Part shown: positions 12,614 through 23,572 of the stretch, piece by piece
Position numbering within the stretch: position 1 is the first letter of the stretch
Layout of the letters: every line of letters begins with the position of its first letter
Source: Octopus sinensis
Lineage: Eukaryota
Assembly (NCBI RefSeq): GCF_006345805.1
Contig: NC_043002.1
Span: 51,150,001-51,214,000 of the forward strand
Length of the DNA: 64,000 nt
Direction of reading: 5' to 3'
Translations under genes and position numbers: made by a program
The notes under the pieces: generated by a model
Told to the model about the DNA's origin: nothing
The model's database searches: none
The model's input: only the letters and a program-made list of their open reading frames with translations

Positions 12614-13107
12614 CAGCTAGCAGACAGAATCGTTTGCACGCCGGACAAAATGCTTAGCTGCATTTCGTCCCTCTTTACGATCCATGTTCAACTTCGACTT
12701 AATCGATATTTCTTCGATATTTCTTCGTCTTTATATCCTGAGTTCAAATTTCACCGAGGCTGACTTTGCCTTTCGGGGTCGATAAATCAGATAGCAGCGA
12801 AAGACTGAGGACGGTGTAATCGACTTACCTCCTCCCATCAAATTTGAGGCCTTGTGCCTCCAGGACAAACAATTACTATTATTATCATTATAAAGGCTGC
12901 AAGCTGGCAGAATCGTTCGCACGCTAGACAAAATGCTTTGTGGTATTTTCACCCGTTGCTATGTTCTGAGTTATAATTCCGCCGAGGTCGTTTTTGCATC
13001 TCATCCTCTCAGGGTCGATGATTTAAGTACTAGTTGAACATTGGAACCTATGTAGTTGACTAGTCTCCTCCCACCAAATTTCAGGCTTTGTACCTATAAT
13101 AGAAAGG

Positions 13108-13110
<3 letters not shown>
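12612..13110 (+). mobile_element. SINE family A, three tandem copies (two partial)
   Basis: GCAGCTAGCAGACAGAATCGTTTGCACGCCGG (12614), CTGAGTTCAAATTTCACCGAGG (12738) and AAGGCTGCAAGCTGGCAGAATCGTTCGCACG...CTGAGTTATAATTCCGCCGAGG (12893-13110), flanked by (TTA)n. Confidence 0.8.
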
Positions 13111-13184
<74 letters not shown>

Positions 13185-13608
13185 CATTATTATTATTATT
13201 ATCGTTATCGTCATGACATATTGTAAAGATATATATTTTAAAAATTGTTGTCATATGTAATTTCTTTTTACGCTTAACACTAATATATAAGAAAAGTTAT
13301 GAGGTCGATTCGTTCGAGTGAAATTTCTTCAAGGCGTTGTCCCAGCATGGCCGCAGTCTAATAACTAAAACAAGCAAAAGAAGATGAAAGAAGTAACACT
13401 CATTGCTTCTTTTACCAAAATTTCAGTGATGAGGCTTTGTGTCTCATTTTCTTTGTTAGTATCTATGTTATAACCCAATTCCTTCCATTCAGGAAGAAGT
13501 GAAGTAATTCAAAAACAGCACAATACTTAGACACAAAGCTAAACAGACATCAAACAAAACCTCCTTCGCACACATATGTGCGTGTAGGTGTGTTGCTCTT
13601 ACATACAA

Positions 13609-13677
<69 letters not shown>

Positions 13678-14378
13678 TATATATATGCACACACACACAC
13701 ACACATATATAAATGTATGTATGTATATATATATATATATATATGTGTGTGGGCAGAGAGAGAGGGCAAGAGAAAGAGAAATGAGAGAGTAACAGAGGCA
13801 ATGATAGGATATAAGCTAAATTGTGGGAATTTATATAAATGTTAGAATATTCAACTTTATACCACCTACCACCAAACCAACACCACTACCAATACTACAA
13901 TCACCAAGAAAGCCAGCATAAACACCACACACATCATTACTACTACCTCGACCAGTAGGAGCAACAATAGCAACAACAACGACAACAGACACAAAGTCAT
14001 AAGAGACTAACCCCACCCAACCACCCACCCACCCCAGGGGGTTTGTCGTACCCTTGAATCACACGATTTGGCCAACTCGATTAGCACCATGGTGTCCCAA
14101 AGTATTGAACTGAATCATCTATTGATATATTTGGCGCCAGTTCGAATCAGATGTCTGGACGGATCATGCTGTGTTGGGAAACAATGGAAAGGTTAATACT
14201 AACCGTTCTATTGATACAATTATAAACAAATAACAGAATAACAAACAGAGTAACGATCGTCAAGTAACCACACTCAGCAATCGATAGCGTAAATTATGCA
14301 AGATATATATATATATTGTGTAGGTATATGAGTCTGTGTGTGTGAGAGTGTGTGCATGTATTTATATATAACGTTACA

Positions 14379-14435
<57 letters not shown>

Positions 14436-14468
14436 ATGTGCCTTTATATATATGTATACATGTTTGTG

Positions 14469-14504
<36 letters not shown>

Positions 14505-14507
<3 letters not shown>

Positions 14508-14630
14508 TTATGCATATGCGGTAAGAAGTTTGTTTCTCAACCACATGGTTCCAGGTTCAGTCTTACTCCGTGGCATTTTGGGCAAGTGTGTTACACGATA
14601 GCCTTGATCCAACTGAAATAAGCCCGACGG
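14505..14630 (+). mobile_element. SINE family C, 5' fragment
   Basis: GGTAAGAAGTTTGTTTCTCAACCACATGGTTCCAGGTTCAGTC...GGCATTTTGGGCAAGTG matches the family C head. Confidence 0.7.
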
Positions 14631-14652
14631 ATATAAATAAATAAATATATAT

Positions 14653-14684
<32 letters not shown>

Positions 14685-14712
14685 CATACATATATATATA
14701 TGTATACACACG

Positions 14713-14743
<31 letters not shown>

Positions 14744-15007
14744 GGAATAATTAGTGTGAAGCATTGTGTAGAATATATTTATAAGGCCACAACAAAGCGA
14801 AGTATATGCAAGGTAAATCTAATATGTGAATTAATGTAGATTAAACTTGTATTCAATTTCTTGGGGATGAGGTCATAACCCCGAAATATTGAATACATGT
14901 GAATACAAATTAATTCACATGTTTGTTTTCTTGTGATTTACCTTACATTTACTTCGCATTGTTTTGGCCTTACCCACGACCTTTTATGCAATATATATAT
15001 ATATATA

Positions 15008-15039
<32 letters not shown>

Positions 15040-15044
<5 letters not shown>

Positions 15045-15590
15045 GTGTGGTAAGAAGTTTACTTCTCAAACACATATTTCCGTGTTTAGCCCTACAGCGT
15101 GAAATTTTGGGCGAGCGTCTTCTCCTATAACCTCGAGCTGACCAAAGCTTTGTGAGTGGATTTGGTTGAAGAAAACTGAAAGAATCTCGTCCATGCTCGA
15201 CCGCTGAACTCTACAGGTTTCTTCATTCTCTCTGTGTGTAATTCCCCTTATTCCTTGCTTTTGAAGAACGTAAGATCGAAACGTAAAATACTTTTTCATT
15301 GTTCCTGAACGTCAAACTAATACGGTTCCTTGTTGTTCATACACCTGTCTTCGTATTTTGTTTTTCTATAAATTCAAACTATATATATCTATGTATGTAT
15401 ATGTGTATCTGTGTGTGTAGGTATATATGTATATATTTATATAAATATATGTATGTATATGCATACATGTTTGTCATTTCCCGCCTAATCCTTGGTACTA
15501 CAACTGGGCTCGATTTTTTTTGACTAAGCCCTTCATAGTGGTACTCCAGCATGTTCGCAGTCTAATGACTGAAACAAGTAAAAAACAAAA
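15040..15590 (+). mobile_element. SINE family C split into head (~15040-15195) and tail (~15480-15590) by an insert
   Basis: Head GTGTGGTAAGAAG...GACCAAAGCTTTGTGAGTGGATTTGG; tail GTGGTACTCCAGCATGTTCGCAGTCTAATGACTGAAACAAGTAAAA. Confidence 0.65.
15230..15385 (+). mobile_element. PLE terminal-repeat-like fragment with decayed minimal hammerhead (homolog at 41925-42040, - strand)
   Basis: TTGAAGAACGTAAGATCGAAACGTAAAATAC...CACCTGTCTTCGTATTTTG here versus CTGTAGGCTCGAAACGTAAAAGAC...CACCTGCCTTCGTCTTTTG on the minus strand at 41925-42040. Confidence 0.5.
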
Positions 15591-15819
15591 GATTTATACA
15601 CTATGTGAGGAATGAAGTATTCCATTATTTACAATTGTTTCAACAACATGCAGGGGCAAATCAAACATCATGAATATAGAAATGGACAGATATTATGGTA
15701 TAGTCACGCTCATTATGTAATGCGTAATACATAATAGCCACGACAGTCATTTAATCGTAACGAAAGAAATGAATATAATACAAAATCAATGTTGTTATTT
15801 CACTTAAATAGAGAAGTCT

Positions 15820-16150
15820 GGCACTTGATTCAAGTAAACTTAGACAGCTACTTACCTGAAGGAACTCCTTTCGCTAGTATTGACATCCAGGATCAACAAC
15901 TTACCGTGCTATTCCAGCAAGACTGAAAGCATTTCGAGCGTCACGCCTTCCCCAAACAACGATGCTACTCGGCATCCCATTCTAAGTCTGCTCAAATGTG
16001 CGTAGATGTCAAAGTGATAAAAAATGAGCTCATTGGTACGTGTGTCAGAAATCCTGCTCTCGCGGATGGCTATTTTATCCATAGCTGGTGACCTGTGGTC
16101 ATAGAGCATCGGCTTTGCTTTCAAGATGACCCGGGTTACAATCATTTATG
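15820..16150 (-). pseudogene. L1/Tx1-like APE endonuclease N-terminal relic
   Basis: ORF 15909-16145 gives DKIAIRESR (cf. DIIALQET). Read-through gives GKLLILDVNTSERSSFR*VAV*, matching the GRLLxLDV...FRLVAVYAP pattern of L1/Tx1 endonucleases. Contains stops. Confidence 0.55.
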
Positions 16151-17712
16151 CAAACTGCACTTAAATCTCACAGGTTACTAGGAAAGAAGGGAATAAGAAA
16201 ATGAGTCACCTACCTCAATAGCTTTTGTGTTGGCGATCAGTGTGGGGGATCCTTCGGGAAAACTTACTAGTTTCAGACCCTTCGAGCCCTCAGTTTTCGT
16301 TTTTTTTTTGTATTGAAAGCCTTCCACTCAATCTCTAAGTTACAACTTTGTGCTATATAAGATAGCATTTCTAATATGACTAAAAATTTCATGTAGTCCA
16401 CGTATAAGCAATATACAATCAGCCCTTTATTACCAACAGAGTTAATAACTACCTAAATTGTTTCTACTTTGGTCTTACTCTGGTTACTATGTTTTCAGAC
16501 CACAGCATCCCCTAAAAATTATATCACTTTTGCAGTAAAAGATTTCAAATACTTCTTGGGATCTTTCGATTATTGAAAGACTCTATTTCCTTGGACCTCT
16601 TACTGCCAACTATCTCTGCTTGTATGTTGTACTCAGAGTTGTTGCCCTTTTCCAGCTTGCTCTTGATCCCACAGCACGTTTTGCGAGTATGAAACATTTT
16701 GGCGCCGACAATTTAGCGGTACTGATTTGACGATGATTTATTTGACAGTCATTTTAATCTTTTTCTTGTTAGCTCCGTTCCTCCTCCTTTTCTCTCTGTT
16801 TATATGTGTGAACATATTTCACTTTGTGCGTATGAGGAGAAGGAAGGTGTCCATGTCATTTGTGTTCAATTACTAAATTGAAATTTCTACTCTTTCTCTA
16901 CATTCATATTTCTACGCTCATGTTCTTGCGTGTTTGTTTGTGCTTGCCACCAGTGCCAAAGCATACTATCGCCCAAACAGGTTCAATGTTCCCCCCAGCC
17001 ATGTCAAATTGTCAGCGTACTAACTGCTACGCCCAACAGTCTCATTCCATGTGCATCCATGGTTTACACTGAGTATACTACTCAGAATTCCTCCCTATTC
17101 TTATCAATATACATACCATATCCATTTCCAAGACAAGAGAACATTTCTTCTTTCCTTCTGAAATTTTGTAGTTGCTAGGTTTGTTTTGAGGTATCACGGT
17201 TGGAATTTTGTCTCCAAATCAATGGAAGATTCAGTTATGAAATCGAGACCATAAGTATATTGAAGTTTCTATGAACAACCGGTCTTAAACTCCTCTGTCA
17301 TGTCTTGGAGAACTATGATGGTGCACAGAAATAGGGTAAGAAACAGGCCCTGGAAGACACCAATCCGCATGTTGTCTCTCAACCAAAATCCATTCACGAG
17401 TCATTGGGAAATTTAGTTTAAGTTTACTAATATATTGTGATATTGGTAAACCTCTACTAAGTTAATATACTAGAGTAGATGAAAATACAAGACACTGGCC
17501 AAAGTACTGTGCAATAAGATCGAACCAAACAAATTAGTGGTGAAGCGAACTGCTTAACCACATAGCCATGCTTGATATACATATGTGTATGAGTCTGTGT
17601 GTTTGTAAGTGCGTGTGTTTGGTGCTTGTGTATATATTGGTGCTTGTCTGGTGTCTGTCTATATATGTGTGTGTATGATAGAGATGGAAAATGGAATGAA
17701 TACACGGAGAAG

Positions 17713-17830
17713 TTTATTGTTCACAACAATCGTTTCGACACATCGTGCACCGATCCCTCGCATGAGGGAATCTATACAACTAGTTGTAGTTCACCCCTCG
17801 TTGCAGAAGCGTCTCGTCAGATGATATAAA
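17713..17830 (-). ncRNA. Candidate type I hammerhead ribozyme with a long, branched stem II
   Basis: Minus strand: UUUAU-A-UCAU-CUGACGA-GACGC-[67 nt]-GUGUC-GAAA-C-GAUU-G-UU-GUGA-ACA-AUAAA. All core nucleotides are canonical; stem II 5 bp, stem I 4+5 bp, stem III 2 bp with a near-palindromic loop. Confidence 0.65.
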
Positions 17831-17959
17831 TGTGAAATGAAGGCTATTTCGCTCGGATTTAATACGATATGTTGTTAGTGGCTACAGGTTTAAGCCGCCA
17901 AGAAACCATAAGCAGTGAACGTGTTTTATCGGCGTGCTACAAGGAATACACCCAAAACT

Positions 17960-18044
<85 letters not shown>

Positions 18045-18649
18045 ATACTTAACAGCTTATCTATCTATCTACCTACACACACATACACATATGTAACAAC
18101 TTATCTGTAACAGTTGAAGTTGAACATGAAATGCACTAACTTTCCTGAAATGATATCCCTCTATCCTCTGTCTACGGAGTAGGAAAAATATCTGTGAATA
18201 GCCCTTCTTTAAACTAAGCAATAAATTAAAGTCAAACACCCTCGGACACTGATACACACTGGTACATACACACAGATACTGATGTTCTCTCTTTCTCATA
18301 CACATATAAACACACACACATACACACACACACATATATATATATATTTATATATATGTATGTATGTATTTGGCACACGTTAACAGACACGCATACATAT
18401 GCTAACATATGTATGCAAACGCACACAGGCAGACACAGCTACACAAAGATGGTTACATAGATAAACGAACACAGACACAAGCACATAAATATACACACTG
18501 ATTCACAGTTATATACACGCACACAAGCAAACCCAGACAGCGCAGTTACACTTGCACACGCTGATAGACGCAATACATACATAATTATTATAGTATGATT
18601 GATGTCAATACACCAGTTAAGGCATTTGTATTATTTATATTCTCATTGT

Positions 18650-18833
18650 GTTGGGTGTAGTAGCTGCGGCGACAGTGGTGGCACTGACGGTGGTGGTGGT
18701 GGTGGTGGTGGTGGTGGTGGTAGTGGTGTTGGTGGTGGTGGTGGTGGTGGTGGTGGTGGTGGTAGTGGTGTTGGTGGTAGTGGTGATGGTGGTGGTAGTG
18801 ATGGTGTTTGTGGTGTTGGTGATGTTGGTGTCG

Positions 18834-18865
<32 letters not shown>

Positions 18866-19004
18866 AGTGGTGGTGGTAGCGGTGGTGGTGGTAGTGGTGG
18901 TGTGGCGGTGCTGGTGCTGGTGGTGGTGCTGGTGGCGCTGGTAGTGATGGTGTTTGTGATGCTGGTGATGTTTGGTGTCGTTGTTGTTGTTGTTGTTATT
19001 GTTG

Positions 19005-19036
<32 letters not shown>

Positions 19037-19160
19037 GGTGGTGGTGGTGGTGGTAGTAGTTATGGGTTTTTCGGGTTAAGAATTCACTATTACTACTTCT
19101 GGTATGCCACTGCTGCTGCTGCTGCCGTTGTTGTTGTTGTTGCTGTTGTAGAGTAATTTC
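18650..19160. repeat. Degenerate (GGT)n/(GTT)n low-complexity tract
   Basis: Directly visible trinucleotide periodicity. Confidence 0.9.
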
Positions 19161-20501
19161 CCATTGGACCAGTCAGAGCAGACTTCATGGCACAATGTAT
19201 TCGAACGACCGGGCGCACTTGATCATATTCAACATTGCAAATACATCGTCCTACAGCAAAGAGGGAGAGTATACTCTGATATGCAGAGATTATAGTACGG
19301 AAAAAAGTAGAGAAGTCGCCGTTCTATGGTTGCCTCCCTTGGTGCCAGGGTACACAACAGGGGAGATCAAAACGTTCTAGACACATCTCCCCTTAACCGC
19401 AGGTCATATTTTTGGTCCCAACGAATCTTTTACCTTTTATCTTTTACTTGCCTCAGTCACTGGACTGAGGCCATGCTGGGGCACAGCCTTGAAGCATTTT
19501 CGCAGGACAAATTAACCTCAATGTAGGGGCAACCTTACTGGATGTTGTAGTACTCATAACAAAAGTTCTAAAAGAAAACGTTTTGGGGGTTATATTGGTG
19601 GTGCGGTCATTGTGGTGGTAACGGTAATTGCAATGCTATAGATTATAGTGATCTCATAAAGCAGACCTATCGCCAAAGACATTCCAGTCGTGACCAACAA
19701 GTCTTCTATCTGCATGTTGAGAACCTATGTTTAAATTATCAAATGAGCGTTTGTCTAAGATAGTTGTGATATGAGGAAAATCTAGTTGCTAATTCTAGCA
19801 TATCCAGTACGAACGGGCTCTGTCCTCAACTTTTTGATACCACTTGTAATAGGAACTGGTGTTGGTGGTTGTGGTGATGGTGATGGCAGTAATGTTGGTA
19901 TAGGTGGTGGCGATGGTAGGAGATTGTCTTTGGCAGAGAAATGGTGTAGATGTTGATTACTAAATTTGTTTGGACAAATTTGATGTTGTTATTGTTGTTG
20001 CTGTTGTTGTTGATGATGTTATTATTTGTCCCAGGTCAGCCCAAATCGAGCAGTTCTCAATAATGACCATCTGCTCTTTCTATGAACAAGGAACCCAGAA
20101 CTACAGTTTGCAATGTGACATACATTTTAAGACAACAGGGTGTATTTATTAATATCTTGGTTGCTATTTCTAGCAGACCAAGTAAATCTTACCAGTAACG
20201 CGGTGATCGAGATGCTGGCCAGGATACTGGAAATAATGCATTGGTCTTGGTGGTGTTGGTGTACCGATGGACTTCGTCATTTTTTGTGGAGTTATAATTG
20301 TTGCTTAAACCCAGATCAGTTCTGCCTGCTTACGGAGACTTTTGATCAAATATGTTCTATGCGTGACCATCCCGTCCACGCCCTGGGAAAGGCCTTTCAA
20401 TCATATCCACAATATCCATTGTCCTTCCTTTTCTTAAGATAATAGATTGCAATTTGAGGATGAGTTCACTGCTATTTCAAACAACTCGAACGACCAACAA
20501 A

Positions 20502-21107
20502 CACTGGTTTTCAAACTTTTTTTTTTTACCTATGGATACCCTTTTACTCTCTTTTACTTGTTTCAGTCATTTGACTGCGGCCATGCTGGAGCACCACCCT
20601 TAGTCGAGCAAATCGACCCCAGGGCTTATTCTTTGTAAACCTAGTACTTATTCTATCGGTCTCTTTTGCCGAACCGCTAAGTTACGAGGACGTAAACACA
20701 CCACCATCGGTTGTCAAGCGATGTTAGAGGCACAAACACAGATACACAAACATATACACACTCATACATACATACATACATACATACATACATACATACA
20801 TACATACATACATACATACATGCATACATACATACATACATATAGTAGAAAACATTTGCCCAAGGTGCCACGCAGTGGGAATGAATCCGGAACCATGTGG
20901 TGGGTAAGCAAGCTACTTACCACACAGCTACTCCTGCGCCTATTATATTTTTATAATTAAGTATTATTAGGAACAGTAGAAAAGAAATTTTTAAAAATAT
21001 TTTCTGTATTGTAGAAGAATAGCCAATATATCATATAAATTTTAATGACAAAAATCTTATATGGACCAAACCCCAAGGATCATGCCGACCCTGGTTAAGA
21101 ACCGCCG
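20502..21107. mobile_element. Possible hAT-type MITE interrupted by a family C SINE
   Basis: Left end CACTGGTTTTCAAAC...CTATGGATACCC and right end ATGGACC...GGTTAAGAACCGCCG are degenerate CAGTGGTTCTCAAC-type TIRs. No TSD confirmed. Confidence 0.4.
20542..20940 (-). mobile_element. SINE family C, full-length, with internal (TGTA)n microsatellite
   Basis: Minus strand: GGCGCAGGAGTAGCTGTGTGGTAAGTAGC...GGCACCTTGGGCAAATG, then (TGTA)n at 20765-20842, then GCTTGACAACCGATGG...GCTCCAGCATGGCCGCAGTCAAATGACTGAAACAAGTAAAAGAG. Confidence 0.85.
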
Positions 21108-21209
21108 ATCTAGAGACTGTTGTTATTATTGTTTAGTTCTGTCATGAGCCCTAGGACTTAGAAGGACGGGGGTTAACCCTGTTTCCATAGTTTATAAATA
21201 ACTAAGATC

Positions 21210-21356
21210 ACAATCCTTTCCACTTGAACTCATTTACCGTTGAGTGGACTGGAGCAACGTGAAATGAGGTGTTTTGCTCAAGAACACAATCCATCGCTCG
21301 ACCCGGGAATCGAAACCACATTGTTACGATTGCGAGTACCACTGGGTCAGGCGCCT
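21210..21356 (-). mobile_element. SINE family B, 5' part
   Basis: Reverse complement has GGTTTCGATTCCCGG and TGTGTTCTTGAGCAAAACACCTCATTTCACGTTGCTCCAGTCCACTCA. Confidence 0.75.
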
Positions 21357-21529
21357 TCACGGTGTTGTTATTTAGTCCCAGATAAACCCATACCAAGCAA
21401 ACGTGAGACCATCGTTCTCTTTTTTGCAAGCAAAATATATCAAGAACTATATTTTGTGTCCATCGCTTTGTGTGTCATCTGAGAGAGGTTTGACTATTAT
21501 TTCACTACAATCATTACATGGATGTTAGC

Positions 21530-21918
21530 TCTGATGATAGTGGTGGTGGTGATGATGATGGTGATGGTGATGGTGGTGGTGGTGGTAATGGTAGTAGTGG
21601 TAATTGTGGTGGTGATGGTGGTGTTGGTAGCGTTCCTTCTTTCAGTGGCTACCACCACAATCGCCATCACCTAACCCATCGCCAACACAACCAGCGTTAC
21701 CTCTAACTCTGTCACTACCATCAATTCCATCCCCATCACTACCCAACAACACCACCATCACCGCCATCACTATCAACATCACCTTTGACTGCCACCACAA
21801 CCTCATTCACCACTGTTATCACCACCATTACGACTACCATCACTTTACCACTACCTCAATCGCATTCAACACAATAACTACCACCACCACCACCACCACC
21901 ACCACCACCACCACCACC

Positions 21919-21956
<38 letters not shown>

Positions 21957-22090
21957 AAACAAAACCACTATTATCCCCACCACGTTTACCTCACCATCAC
22001 AACCATAACCCCACTTCAACCGCCAACATCCTCACCATCTCTGCCATTACTACCACCATCACCATTACATCAACCTCAACCACTTCCACA
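21530..22090. repeat. Low-complexity (GGT)n tract followed by an opposite-polarity (ACC/ACT)n tract
   Basis: G/T-rich 21530-21630, then C/A-rich 21650-22090. Confidence 0.85.
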
Positions 22091-22648
22091 CATTACCCGG
22101 AATTCTGTGAGCTTAATATTTATTTTCTTTTAATACAATGAAATATTAACTCGTGTCCAACCAACTGTTCAACATCCGCCACACAGCCGCCATCTTTCTT
22201 CTTACCTCACATCCGGGCATTTCACCATGCTCCCATTATTTACATGTCTGTTTTTTTTTTCTGTCTTCTTGACAAAAGGATGGACTCAGTTTTTAGTTGT
22301 TGCTGTCCAAGGCGTTGCCAATGTAGTTATTACTGTTGTTGTTATTGTTGTGGTGGTGTTACTACAGTTGCTCTTGTTGTTGCTGTCGTTGTTCTTTTTG
22401 TAGATTTTTATCGTTATCCTGAGATTTTTTGCTGTTGTTGTTGTTGTTGTTGCTGTTGTTGTTGTTGCGGTTGCTGTTCTTGTATCTGTTGCTTGTTATT
22501 GTTTATTTTTTAATTCTTATTGTGCTTTTGGTGTGAGTAGTGATGGGGGGGGGGTGATGGTGGGTTGGTGATTTTAACGGTGACAGATTTAGTAATTCTT
22601 CTGGGAAATAATGATGAGAATGAGCCGTTGATGTTGTTGCTACTATCG

Positions 22649-22680
<32 letters not shown>

Positions 22681-23035
22681 ATTGCTTAACCACAGGTCAG
22701 CGGCCATAACGTAGACTTATTTTTAAAAAATATTCTTGCCACGAGCACCCTCATCCCAGTTTTTATAATCGTGTTCCGGCGGCTATATTATCCAAAGTGT
22801 CCTTTTCTTTTCAAGGAGGACAGGATGTAATGTGAGAGATTTGGTTGCTATTTCTAGCAGGTCCGACTACCTTTCGATAATTATTTATTTAGTGCATTCA
22901 TTTCGAATCAGAGATTCATCAGGATTTCCTAATGAATTTCTGAAATGAGATGAAACTTTTCTTAATATATAAAATCTGAACATCACTTCACACAATCTAA
23001 ACATAGATGCAAATACACACACTCACTGACACACA

Positions 23036-23092
<57 letters not shown>

Positions 23093-23572
23093 ATATATGT
23101 ATGCGTGTGGCACTGCTTTTGTGTTTGTCTCTCCAACCGCTTGGCAACCGGTGTTTCTTTGTTTACGTTTCTGTAAGTTATCGTTTCGGCAAAGAGAGAA
23201 CATTATTATAAGCACCAGACTTTAAAAATATGTACTGAGATCATATCTTTGACAAGACTCTACAAGGCGCTGCACCTGCATGCCGCAGTGCAACAACAAT
23301 AACAACAAAAACAACAATTAAAACATTACCGATAAAATATGACACTCACACGCACACAAACAATATTTATATTTTAAGAAATAAAATATTCAATAAATCG
23401 TAACAATATAAATTTGTCAATAATATATCATAGTGTTGGCGATGAGTTGTTTAATCGTTTATTCGATCAACTTCTCGATTTATTGATTTTTCGGTCAACT
23501 GTTTTCTATCAATTGTATTTCGGTCAACTATCAATGTACCATGTCTTCTGTGTGACTTATGAATGTTGAAGA

